Below, in pieces: positions 9,169 to 17,716 of a stretch of 64,000 bases of DNA (position 1 is the stretch's first letter; each line of letters begins with the position of its first letter). The DNA is taken from the IMG/VR virus record IMGVR_UViG_3300045988_166882. One strand, written 5' to 3'. The notes beneath the pieces were generated by a model, which was not told where the DNA came from, ran no database searches, and saw only the letters and a list, made by a program, of their open reading frames with translations. The stretch comes from a virus. The position numbers were made by a program, and so were the translations under genes.

Positions 9169-9801
9169 ATGAAAGCGTCAGAAAAAGCCTACAAGGAATT
9201 AGAGTTCTTGGCTGTTAAGTACGCCAACAAACTCTACTCTTACGAGGAACTATCGTTGGAACGTGACGATCTTCTCCAAGAGTTCCGTCTCAAAATCTTC
9301 ACCTCCATAAAGGCATACGGTCGCCGTTGGCTGGCATACCGCCGCGGTACAGCGGCTCGGCCCGTGCCGTTACGTTACTACGTCGAGTGTGCGTGTTCGA
9401 ATAAGTGCACCGACCTCATGAGGGCCATCAAGAAGGAAAATCACAAACTTCGTATCGACCAGACGGCCTACGATTGCGGCATCGAGGATGTTGTTGAAAC
9501 CGAACCCGAACTGAACCGCTTCGTTATAAACGGCGTGGACGTTTTGGCCAACCTTAAAGGGTTGAAACGGGTGATATTTTCGCTTCACATCCGTGGCCGT
9601 GGCCGGGCGATGATGGCGCGTATGTTACGAACCCCGCGGGCCGCCGCTGAAGGTTACGATCCTACCATGCTGTTCAGCGACGCTTGTTTGCTTGTTGACC
9701 AGATAATCGCCGACCAGCAGGCGTATTTGTTGGCCAACCACAAGTCAGCGTTATATTATACGCCAACGCGATATGACTACTACCGACTCAACGACGAATA
9801 A
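9169..9801 (+). CDS. sigma-70 family-like transcription factor (phage sigma candidate 1)
   Basis: Region-2-like DDLLQEFRLKIFTSIKAY...YYVECACSNKCTDLMRAIKKE and region-4-like LANLKGLKRVIFSLHIRGRGRAMMARML. Confidence 0.45.
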   Translation: MKASEKAYKELEFLAVKYANKLYSYEELSLERDDLLQEFRLKIFTSIKAYGRRWLAYRRGTAARPVPLRYYVECACSNKCTDLMRAIKKENHKLRIDQTAYDCGIEDVVETEPELNRFVINGVDVLANLKGLKRVIFSLHIRGRGRAMMARMLRTPRAAAEGYDPTMLFSDACLLVDQIIADQQAYLLANHKSALYYTPTRYDYYRLNDE

Positions 9802-9837
9802 TTCATACAAATTGTTTCACTAAAACGTACAAAAATC

Positions 9838-10872
9838 ATGGCAATTAAAATTTCGAAAGTAAACGCCGAGCGTCTGAAGAAACTCGGTATTTCCGCCAAA
9901 ACCGAAGAAGAGGCAAAGAAGATCCTGCTCGACCGTCTCGAGAAGGCTGGAATCCCCGGCATGGACGAGGAGACCATCGACAACCTGATCGACATCGTCG
10001 GTTCGTTCGCCGAACTCGAAGGCGAAGCCGAGGAGGAAGCCGCTCCGGCTGATCCTACGCCCGCTGAAGCGCAGGCTGACGAACTGGCTGAGGAGGCCGC
10101 CGAAGAGGAGGCTGAAGCCGCCGCTGAGGAAGACCCCGAACCGGAGGCTGAACCTGAAGAGGAGCCTACCGAGGAGGAAGCCGCTCCGGCTCCCAAGCCC
10201 AAGAAGGCCGCGCCGAAGAAGGCCGCTCCGGCCAAGAAGGCTGAAAAGGCCGCCGAGGACAAACCCGCCAAGGAGTCCAAGAAAAAGCCGTCCAAGCGTA
10301 ACGAGAAGGGCACGCGTCTGAAGCCCCAGACCAACCCCGACGATCTCGAAATGCTCCGCAAGGCGCTGTCCAAGTTCTTCCCTGAGAAGGAGTTCCAGTA
10401 CGTAACGGTGTCGCAGGGTATCTCGATCAAGTTCGGCGGCGCAAACTCGCACCCCGTGGCTATCATGTTCGAGAACGTGTACGCCAAGGAAGGCGAACTC
10501 GCTACGACCAACGTCGTCCTGAACACGTTCCGCAGTCAGGCATCGCAGGACAAACTGGCCGACGACGGCGTGGACTTTGTTCCTACGTGGAACAACCTGC
10601 CGTGGTTGAAGGGTATTTCGTGGAGCGACGCCATGGAGATCGTCAAGACCTACCTCCCCGACATCAAGTCCGCCGTATCGACCGCCGATACGCGCCTTGG
10701 CAAGAACCGCGAGAAGATGGAGGCCGATCTGAAGGCTACCGGCAAGAAGGCCGCTCCCGCTCCCAAGAAGGAAGCCCCCAAGGCCGCGCCTGCTGAGGAC
10801 CCCAAGGCTAAGGCCCGCGCCGCTCTGGCTAAAGCCGCTGCCGCGAAGAAGGCCAAGGCAGCCAAGAAATAA
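9838..10872 (+). CDS. charged low-complexity protein with acidic and histone-H1-like K/A/P tracts around a globular core
   Basis: 344 aa. E/A-rich block, KKAAPKKAAPAKKAEKAAEDKPAKESKKKP, a core at about residues 160-290, and a C-terminal AAAAKKAKAAKK. Has its own terminator. Confidence 0.7.
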   Translation: MAIKISKVNAERLKKLGISAKTEEEAKKILLDRLEKAGIPGMDEETIDNLIDIVGSFAELEGEAEEEAAPADPTPAEAQADELAEEAAEEEAEAAAEEDPEPEAEPEEEPTEEEAAPAPKPKKAAPKKAAPAKKAEKAAEDKPAKESKKKPSKRNEKGTRLKPQTNPDDLEMLRKALSKFFPEKEFQYVTVSQGISIKFGGANSHPVAIMFENVYAKEGELATTNVVLNTFRSQASQDKLADDGVDFVPTWNNLPWLKGISWSDAMEIVKTYLPDIKSAVSTADTRLGKNREKMEADLKATGKKAAPAPKKEAPKAAPAEDPKAKARAALAKAAAAKKAKAAKK

Positions 10873-10899
10873 ACGCACCTCATGTCTTAAAAATTGCGT

Positions 10900-10926
10900 A
10901 CCCCGGTCGTCATGGCCGGGGTTTTT
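10900..10926 (+). terminator. rho-independent terminator
   Basis: CCCCGGTC (10901-10908) pairs with GGCCGGGG (10914-10921), followed by TTTTT. Confidence 0.75.
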
Positions 10927-10976
10927 CGTAAACCTCGCGCCAGCGTTATTAAGCCCAGATAAAACCGTATTACGAT

Positions 10977-12194
10977 ATGAAGCAAGAAACCATTTCTCAG
11001 GCCGAAAAGGGCGTCAGCCGTTTCGACTTTAATATTAAACGCCGGGTTGCGTTTACGGACCGCCGAGGGTCGTTTGCGGAGGTGTACCCGTTCATCAACC
11101 AGATGATGATGGACCTCCCGTTACGCGATTCACGCGCTGGTAAGGTACGCGAACTGCTCGACGTCAAGACCATCATCAACAACCCGTACCGGCGGTGCGT
11201 CGGCGGGTACGGCCGCAACATCAATATCTTCTTCTTGCTGGCTGAGGCCATGTGGATTGCTACGGGCCGCAAGGACTTGGAGTTCCTGAAGATTTTCAAC
11301 AGCCGGATGAGCGACTTCTCGGACGACGGCGTAACGTTCCATGCTCCCTACGGTTGGCGGTTGCGTCACTGGGGTATTCCGTCTGAAGGTATGTCGCAGG
11401 ACCCCGGTCTGGATCAGGTCAAGGAAGCCGTCCGGTTGCTGGCCGCCGATCCTGAAACGCGGCAGGTGGTGATGTCGATTTGGAACCCCAAGTTTGACCT
11501 CGGCGTGAAGTCGAAGGACTTGCCGTGTAACGATATGGTGATGCTGAAACTGCGCGGTGGCAAACTCGTCACCACCGTCCAGAACCGCTCGAACGACCTT
11601 CACTGGGGGTTGCCCACGAACATCTTCCAGTTCTCGTTCCTGACGGAGGTAATGGCCCTTTGTTTGGGCGTGGAGTTAGGCGTCCAGACCCATAACTCAC
11701 AGTCGCTTCACGTCTACGAATGGAACAAAACGGCTCAGCAGATGAGCGAACTCTTCGTGTCTCACGCTACGCGCCGCAGTTTGTATTACGAAGGCGCAGT
11801 ATCGTACATGATGGACTTTAATTTTGAGTCCGAAGTGCCGGTAAACCGCCTTTGTGAAATAACGGCTTTCATGGAGGAAATGATCGGCCGCTTGTTGGTT
11901 CGTAACGTCGACGGCGGTGATCCTGACGATGAAGCCGGGTACGAGCAGTACGTGAGCGAGAAATCGACCTACTTTTGGGCCGTTTACCAGATGCTGAAAC
12001 TGTACGTGTTCTACAAGCGTAACCGCGGGGCCTGCTTGCCTGAGGACTTGGACCAGTTGTTGAATAATTGCAGCGAGATGCTGACGTTTATCAACAACGC
12101 TTGCGAAGTTGATAAGAACTGGGACTACATGATGCTGGCGCGCAACTTCTTTGCGGCAAGGTTATCTAACGCAGAACCGTGCAAAATCCTGTAA
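10977..12194 (+). CDS. ThyA-family pyrimidine C5-transferase (thymidylate synthase or dUMP hydroxymethylase), extended form
   Basis: Aligns by eye with E. coli ThyA: AEAMWIATG, HAPYGWRLRHW, DPETRQVVMSIWNP, LPCNDM (catalytic Cys), NRSNDLHWGLPTNIFQFS, SLHVY. 405 aa against about 264. Confidence 0.75.
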   Translation: MKQETISQAEKGVSRFDFNIKRRVAFTDRRGSFAEVYPFINQMMMDLPLRDSRAGKVRELLDVKTIINNPYRRCVGGYGRNINIFFLLAEAMWIATGRKDLEFLKIFNSRMSDFSDDGVTFHAPYGWRLRHWGIPSEGMSQDPGLDQVKEAVRLLAADPETRQVVMSIWNPKFDLGVKSKDLPCNDMVMLKLRGGKLVTTVQNRSNDLHWGLPTNIFQFSFLTEVMALCLGVELGVQTHNSQSLHVYEWNKTAQQMSELFVSHATRRSLYYEGAVSYMMDFNFESEVPVNRLCEITAFMEEMIGRLLVRNVDGGDPDDEAGYEQYVSEKSTYFWAVYQMLKLYVFYKRNRGACLPEDLDQLLNNCSEMLTFINNACEVDKNWDYMMLARNFFAARLSNAEPCKIL

Positions 12195-12195
12195 T

Positions 12196-13899
12196 ATGAC
12201 CGAATCACTACGTCGCTGGGCAGAGGATAACTATTTGGCTATCGAAGAGAAGCGCGACGACGAACTGAATATAATCGCTATCGAGGGTGTGGGGGACTTC
12301 TTGTACCTCCACCCCGACGATAAGGGTAAGATCATCGACGAACGGTTCTCGTTCGCGGTGACGGCCGACGAATTCGACGCGCTGTACGACGGCGTGGTGA
12401 AATACATCCTGTTCGAGTTTGGCGGCAAGTTCTACTACTCGAACATCAAGAAGGATCACCTACGGCTGGACAAGACCGTGGTATTCCGCCCGGAGTTCCG
12501 CGACTTCAAGTACCTCGGCACCAGTACGGCCGAAGAGTTGGTTCCGTTCGTACACTTGGGGGTTCACAGCGAGTACGAGTTCCTGAACGGTTCGTCTAAC
12601 TGCGACGAGTGGGCCGCTAAAGCCAAGTTCAACTGTATGACGGCGCTCGGCATATGTGACCGCAATACGCTGGCTGGAACGCTCGCCTTTCAGACCGCCT
12701 GTTTAGGTAAGGGGCTGAAGCCTATAATCGGCGAGACCGTCACGGTGGCGTGTAACTACGACCCCGCGGTGGACGTTCAGGAAACGTTCGCCCTGAAACT
12801 ATATGCCGCTAACGCCGCTGGGTGGCGTAACCTGCTGCTGGTGAATAAGGCTATCAACGTCGATTATCAGGGGTTCATCCCTGCGGAGGAACTGTATAAG
12901 TTAGGCCGCGGGCTGGTATGTGTCATACCACCCGACAGCGAACTCAACTACTTCAAGGGCGACGTCGAACGGTGTAAACGGTTGTTGAAAGCCTATCACG
13001 CGGCCTTCGAAAGCGTCTATTACCAGATCGACACCGTGGAGTTCGCCTCCGAAAGCCTTTTTCGCGACCACTTGGAAAGCCTCGATACCTACGTGTGCCG
13101 CTGCCGTACCATAAAACTGTACCGTGATACGCCGCCGCTCGTCATCAACGACTCGTACTACCTCGACGCCGAAGAGGCTCCGTTGAAGTCGCTGTTGAAT
13201 AAGGTAGCAGGCGTGGTAAACGCCGAAAGTGCGACGCAGTACTTTAAAAACTCAAAAGAGACGATTTTAGCCTACGAAGAGTGGATGGACGGAGCCGCGC
13301 CCCTCTACGAAAAGATAATTGATGGCATGGCTAATTCCACGACGTTGACGGAGAGTATTGACTTTAAGATACCCACCGGTATACGTCACCTGCCGAAATA
13401 CGAGTTTGTTAAAACTACGGTCGAAGACGCCTTTTTCGAGAAACTGGAAGCGGGCGTACAGGAGCGGTTGGTGGGCAAGGTTGACAACCTCGATCAGTAC
13501 CTCAACGAGTTGGAAAAGGAATGCGCCATTATCGTCCCTAACGGCTTGTGTGACTACTTTATGATACTTTGGGACATCATGCATTGGTGCCGCGAGCAGG
13601 GTATCATGACCGGGTCGGGCCGTGGTTCGGTGTGTGGTTCGCTGATTGCGTACTGCCTGTACATAACGGACGTTGACCCGTTGAAATACAACCTCATGTT
13701 TGAGCGATTTTTGAACCAATCCCGCGTTACCGTTCCTAAGTATTGGGATTTGGAAATAGAGGGATATGGTAAATTTAGATTACCTGAAAATGTCAAGATT
13801 CCTCTTCGAAACGGTAAAGAAATAGACATAGACTGTGATTTATCAAATATAGACCTGGACATAGATATTGATAAATTACGGACTTTATGCAAGGTATAA
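12196..13899 (+). CDS. dnaE: DNA polymerase III alpha (DnaE) N-terminal fragment
   Basis: PHP motif HLGVHSEYEFLNGSS, then GSGRGSVCGSLIAYCLYITDVDPLKYNLMFERFLNQSRV, then a 56-aa A+T-encoded foreign tail. ATG at 12196, 2 nt after the upstream stop. Confidence 0.85.
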   Translation: MTESLRRWAEDNYLAIEEKRDDELNIIAIEGVGDFLYLHPDDKGKIIDERFSFAVTADEFDALYDGVVKYILFEFGGKFYYSNIKKDHLRLDKTVVFRPEFRDFKYLGTSTAEELVPFVHLGVHSEYEFLNGSSNCDEWAAKAKFNCMTALGICDRNTLAGTLAFQTACLGKGLKPIIGETVTVACNYDPAVDVQETFALKLYAANAAGWRNLLLVNKAINVDYQGFIPAEELYKLGRGLVCVIPPDSELNYFKGDVERCKRLLKAYHAAFESVYYQIDTVEFASESLFRDHLESLDTYVCRCRTIKLYRDTPPLVINDSYYLDAEEAPLKSLLNKVAGVVNAESATQYFKNSKETILAYEEWMDGAAPLYEKIIDGMANSTTLTESIDFKIPTGIRHLPKYEFVKTTVEDAFFEKLEAGVQERLVGKVDNLDQYLNELEKECAIIVPNGLCDYFMILWDIMHWCREQGIMTGSGRGSVCGSLIAYCLYITDVDPLKYNLMFERFLNQSRVTVPKYWDLEIEGYGKFRLPENVKIPLRNGKEIDIDCDLSNIDLDIDIDKLRTLCKV

Positions 13900-14677
13900 T
13901 TTACAAAACTACGAACCTCGTTAACGGTAAGATTTACATCGGCCAACACCACTGCAAAACAGACGAGTTTGATGGGTATTTGGGTAGCGGCGTATCCTTG
14001 ACGAATGCTGTTAGGTATTACGGCCCTGAGAATTTCAAACGTGAAACGCTCCGCGTGTGTGATACCCAGCTACAACTCGACGCTTGGGAGATGCTTTACA
14101 TCAAGAAGCTACGTTCTACTGAAAAGGGTATAGGATATAACATCCTACCGGGTACGGCTAACCAGTTTGGAAGCGGTTCGCCGATGTTGATTCCAGAGGT
14201 CGCTGTTAAGGTTTCAAGGTCGCTTAAAAAGACGTTCAAGAATCGTCCAGAGTTAATGAAGCGAATTCACCAAAAACGCCAAATTACTTTGGACAATACT
14301 GACTACAAGGAAAGAATTTCGAAGTCCTTGAAAGGCAGATATGTAGGCGAAAAGAATCCAAACTACGGCAACCGATGGACAGCCGAACAAAAAGCGAACT
14401 TGTCGGCTAAAATGAGAGGTCGTTATAATGGTGAAAATAACCCTAACTGGAATAACCGTTGGCCCGAGGAACGGCGCAGGGATTTTGGTAAGAAAATACG
14501 CGATAGATACGAGCACGGGTACACGAATCCCATGCAAGGCAAAGTTAGGATAACTAACGGCGAAATAAACACTACTATCCCAAAGGGCGCTCCGCTCCCT
14601 GATGGATTTTGGTATGGCATGAAACCAAGAAAGAAATGAAAATTCTAAAGATAGAAAAGGTTGAAATTGCCCGTCAG
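13729..14677 (+). mobile_element. GIY-YIG homing-endonuclease cassette interrupting dnaE
   Basis: A+T-rich insert lying exactly between ...ERFLNQSRV and DSMPDVDCDF... of DnaE. It contains HEG copy 2. Confidence 0.8.
13887..14639 (+). CDS. GIY-YIG homing endonuclease (copy 2)
   Basis: MQGIIYKTTNLVNGKIYIGQH plus NUMOD3-like repeats. Nucleotides 13893-13949 match 6939-6995 at 54 of 57 positions. Confidence 0.85.
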   Translation: MQGIIYKTTNLVNGKIYIGQHHCKTDEFDGYLGSGVSLTNAVRYYGPENFKRETLRVCDTQLQLDAWEMLYIKKLRSTEKGIGYNILPGTANQFGSGSPMLIPEVAVKVSRSLKKTFKNRPELMKRIHQKRQITLDNTDYKERISKSLKGRYVGEKNPNYGNRWTAEQKANLSAKMRGRYNGENNPNWNNRWPEERRRDFGKKIRDRYEHGYTNPMQGKVRITNGEINTTIPKGAPLPDGFWYGMKPRKK

Positions 14678-16684
14678 GACAGCATGCCGGACGTGGATTG
14701 CGACTTCCCGGTGGCGTTCCGTGATACGGTCAAGGAATACATGGCTCGCCGTTACGGCGTCAATCACGTATGCTCCGTTGGTACGTACACCCGCATGAAA
14801 CTCAAGACATGTTTGAAGGATTTCGGCAAGGTCATGGGCGTACCGTTCGCGGTGATGAATAAACTCACCAAGGATATCGACGACCAAATCGAGTACACAT
14901 GGGGCGACTTGTTTAACTACGCAGCTACGTCGCGTGAATTGTTCCGTTTTGTGCAGGATCATCCCGAGTTGGTCCATATGACGAAATACGCCCTTACGCA
15001 GTGCAAAACGTCGTCAATTCACCCCTCAGCGGTTATTATCGTACCGCAGGAGGACGAGGATGGAAACCCGATCGATTTGTTCGGGTGGATGCCTATGAAG
15101 AAGATGGGCGACGTGCTTGTATCAGAGTGGGAGGGAAAGTATGTTGACAAGTCCGGCTTCCTGAAGGAAGATATTCTGGGGCTTAACCAGCTGGATAAGT
15201 TCTCATCTATCATCAAACTTATCGCCAAGAACCGCCGGGAGCAAATCGACGTCAACACCATTCCGTTCAATGACGAAGAGGTGTACCGCTATTTCCAGCG
15301 TGGGTGGTGCGAGGACGTGTTCCAGTTTGGTGCTATGGGGCTGATGAACTACTGCCGCGAGGCTAAACCTCAAAGCCTGGACGACCTAATCGCTATGACG
15401 GCGCTGTTCCGTCCCGGCCCTATGGATGTGAAGGCGCACGAAACGTTCGTTGATATCAAGAACGGTACCAGGAAGCCTAAGTTCGACCCCGGTATGGAGG
15501 AAATCACGCGCGACACCTATTCGCTTTATACCTATCAGGAGCAGATAATGAAAGCGATGGTTGTCGGAGGATTAACCCCCGTTGAGTCAGATGAATGTCG
15601 TACTTACATCAAGAAGAAAAACCACGAAGCGCTGGCCCAGTTTAAGGGAAAGTTCGTAAATGGATATTCGGCGTTGATAGAATCACGAGGCGTTGAATCT
15701 AAACGCGCCGCGGCCCAGGCTTCTGAGGTTTGGGACAAGATGCTGGCATTTGCTTCGTACGGCTTCAATAAGTCGCACGCCGTGGCCTATACCATGATGT
15801 CGTACTGGTCGCAGTGGTTTAAGGTGAACTACCCGTTGGAGTTTTGGACGACGTCACTTCAGTACGCTTCTAAAGAGGCTGATATTCCGTATCGGCTTGT
15901 CGAAATGAAGAAGACGGGTGTCGATATTGAGGTGCGTCCACCGGATATCAATTTCTCGGGCGAAACCTTCACTTGTGACCCTACCACGAACCGTATCTTC
16001 TTCTCGCTGGGGAAAGTTAAGGGCGTTGGTGAACGCGCGCTTTCGCTACTGAAAGCCATGAAGGAGGAGCACGGCGAAGTGTTCTCGTTTGAGGACTTCA
16101 TAACCTCCGCGCCAAAGGGAGTGAACCGTACTGTGGTATTGCGGTTGATTATGGCTGGAGCGTTCGACTTGGTGGAGGATATACGCAACCCGCGCCAGCG
16201 CTTGGACATCGTCAAGCAGTATCTCGACCGCCGCAGCGAACCGCTACCCGAAGAATTCACTTCGCCCGATGCCCATACCAACGCTTGGTGGGTCTTCAAA
16301 CAGCGTGAATTAACCGGGTACGGAGAAGTAGACTACGAGCGTATGATGAACGAATATGGGCTCGGAAAACGAATGGTCCGGCTGTACGTTACTGCTGCTG
16401 AATTTGAACGCAAGCGCGAAGGTGACGAAGTATGTATCGTGGGCCGCGTGAACAACGTATTCGAACGCCAAACCAAGCGCGGCGAGGCATACGGCGTTCT
16501 TCAAGTTGAGGTGAACGACCTTATCATTCAGGTTACGTTGTGGTCCGACTTCTGGCTTCATCAGCCGGAAAACGAGAGTACGTTGCTGAACCGAATAGTT
16601 GCCGTTTGCGGGCGTGTAAACTATTTTGCTGGTAAGAAGACCATCCAGTCTTCACAGTCTACAAGGTTAGAGATACTACAATAG
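14636..16684 (+). CDS. dnaE: DNA polymerase III alpha (DnaE) C-terminal fragment
   Basis: SMPDVDCDF, FLKEDILGLNQL, GFNKSHAVAYTMMSY and a C-terminal OB-fold-like region. The ATG at 14636 overlaps the HEG stop (ATGA). Confidence 0.85.
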   Translation: MKILKIEKVEIARQDSMPDVDCDFPVAFRDTVKEYMARRYGVNHVCSVGTYTRMKLKTCLKDFGKVMGVPFAVMNKLTKDIDDQIEYTWGDLFNYAATSRELFRFVQDHPELVHMTKYALTQCKTSSIHPSAVIIVPQEDEDGNPIDLFGWMPMKKMGDVLVSEWEGKYVDKSGFLKEDILGLNQLDKFSSIIKLIAKNRREQIDVNTIPFNDEEVYRYFQRGWCEDVFQFGAMGLMNYCREAKPQSLDDLIAMTALFRPGPMDVKAHETFVDIKNGTRKPKFDPGMEEITRDTYSLYTYQEQIMKAMVVGGLTPVESDECRTYIKKKNHEALAQFKGKFVNGYSALIESRGVESKRAAAQASEVWDKMLAFASYGFNKSHAVAYTMMSYWSQWFKVNYPLEFWTTSLQYASKEADIPYRLVEMKKTGVDIEVRPPDINFSGETFTCDPTTNRIFFSLGKVKGVGERALSLLKAMKEEHGEVFSFEDFITSAPKGVNRTVVLRLIMAGAFDLVEDIRNPRQRLDIVKQYLDRRSEPLPEEFTSPDAHTNAWWVFKQRELTGYGEVDYERMMNEYGLGKRMVRLYVTAAEFERKREGDEVCIVGRVNNVFERQTKRGEAYGVLQVEVNDLIIQVTLWSDFWLHQPENESTLLNRIVAVCGRVNYFAGKKTIQSSQSTRLEILQ

Positions 16685-16698
16685 TAAAACAAAATCGT

Positions 16699-17349
16699 AT
16701 GGAAAACAAAGGGGATTTAGTCAAACTATTCAACCGTGATTATTTGGCGCGGTTGGATAACATTAAGCAGTGGCTGGAGTACGACCGCCACCAGCAGGAA
16801 AGCGTTTCACAACATTCGTACAAGGTGTCGGTCTTCGCGATGAGTATCATGGACTATTTCTGGCCCGTGGGGACTGAAAACGCCGAGGTGTTGAGGTTCA
16901 AATACCAGACGTTGAAGATGGCCCTGATGCACGACTTCGATGAAGCCATATTGCGCCGTGACATCACTCACGAAGTCAAATACAACGCCTACAACGGTTT
17001 CGAAGTGCGGAACGTATTGGACAGGTTCGTCGAACATCAGTTGTACGAGGAATTCGGCGAAGAATCGGATGTTGTAAAAACGCTTTCTAAAGATTGGGAG
17101 CATTACGACGTCGCTCACGCCATCGTGAAAGTAGCTGACTGGATGGCGTTGTTGTATTTTCTGAACCGCGAACTGGCTATCGGCAACCGCTCGTGGCCTT
17201 TGAACCTACTGCCCTATTGCAAGGACAATTACCGAAAAGCAATTTCAACGTTACAGGATACGTGCGTGGTTTTGGGTGTGTGTGACACGCCGCATCCGCT
17301 GTATGTAGCTTGTAACGACATCAGCGATCTTAAACTTAATATTGTCTAA
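16699..17349 (+). CDS. HD-domain phosphohydrolase (YfbR-like 5'-deoxynucleotidase type)
   Basis: H...HD...D pattern: SQHSYKVSVFAMSI ... LMHDFDEAILRRDITHE. Confidence 0.6.
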   Translation: MENKGDLVKLFNRDYLARLDNIKQWLEYDRHQQESVSQHSYKVSVFAMSIMDYFWPVGTENAEVLRFKYQTLKMALMHDFDEAILRRDITHEVKYNAYNGFEVRNVLDRFVEHQLYEEFGEESDVVKTLSKDWEHYDVAHAIVKVADWMALLYFLNRELAIGNRSWPLNLLPYCKDNYRKAISTLQDTCVVLGVCDTPHPLYVACNDISDLKLNIV

Positions 17350-17350
17350 C

Positions 17351-17716
17351 ATGAATCAATCCAAAAAAGAAGCGTTCATCAACGCTCTGTCGGTTGACTT
17401 CGCGCGTATCTGCGACGCCGAGCCGGAAGCCGCCCAAGCCGTACTGATGGTGGTAAACCATATCGCCGGAACGTATGCCGATAAGTACGCCGACGGCGAG
17501 AAGGTCATCGACACCAAGAAGATGCTGTACGGCGAAGAACACGGCGCAGCCATCAACGTCTATCAGGTAACACGCTATCTCCAGCGGTACATCACCCGCG
17601 GCCACAAGAAGAGCCGTTTGGTCCGCGACTTGGAGAAGGCCGTCCACTACCTCGTCATCGAAATCACGCGCCGTGTACGTTCCGGCGATGTCACTCAAGA
17701 AGAACCCAAGGAATGA
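17351..17716 (+). CDS. hypothetical protein
   Basis: ATG at 17351 follows the HD gene stop (the track start at 17342 is TTG). Confidence 0.55.
   Translation: MNQSKKEAFINALSVDFARICDAEPEAAQAVLMVVNHIAGTYADKYADGEKVIDTKKMLYGEEHGAAINVYQVTRYLQRYITRGHKKSRLVRDLEKAVHYLVIEITRRVRSGDVTQEEPKE

Noticed and set aside
9820-10878. 352-aa antisense ORF, plus the 248-aa ORF at 9780-10526 (-), opposite the charged K/A/E-rich gene
   Set aside because: This is a mirror-frame artefact. GAA/GCC/AAG-rich repeats leave the reverse frames open, and the products are L/G/S/F low-complexity. All convincing genes are on +.
12151-12195. Upstream extensions of several track ORFs (e.g. 4856, 5451, 7630, 12151, 14609, 17342, 27155, 27567, 37204, 44940, 51555)
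   Set aside because: Most begin at TTG or GTG inside the preceding gene or inside promoter boxes. An ATG immediately after, or overlapping, the upstream stop gives the compact arrangement seen throughout the window.
13729-14677. Split intein or group I intron as the explanation for the interrupted dnaE
   Set aside because: For an intein: the flanking pieces (56 aa plus 14 aa) are far too short for a Hint fold, there is no Cys/Ser at position 1 or HN at the end, and a stop codon and a separate out-of-frame HEG intervene. For an intron: only about 200 nt of A+T-rich non-HEG sequence is available, and DnaE-C has its own ATG overlapping the HEG stop. Splicing is not formally excluded without a covariance-model search or RNA data.
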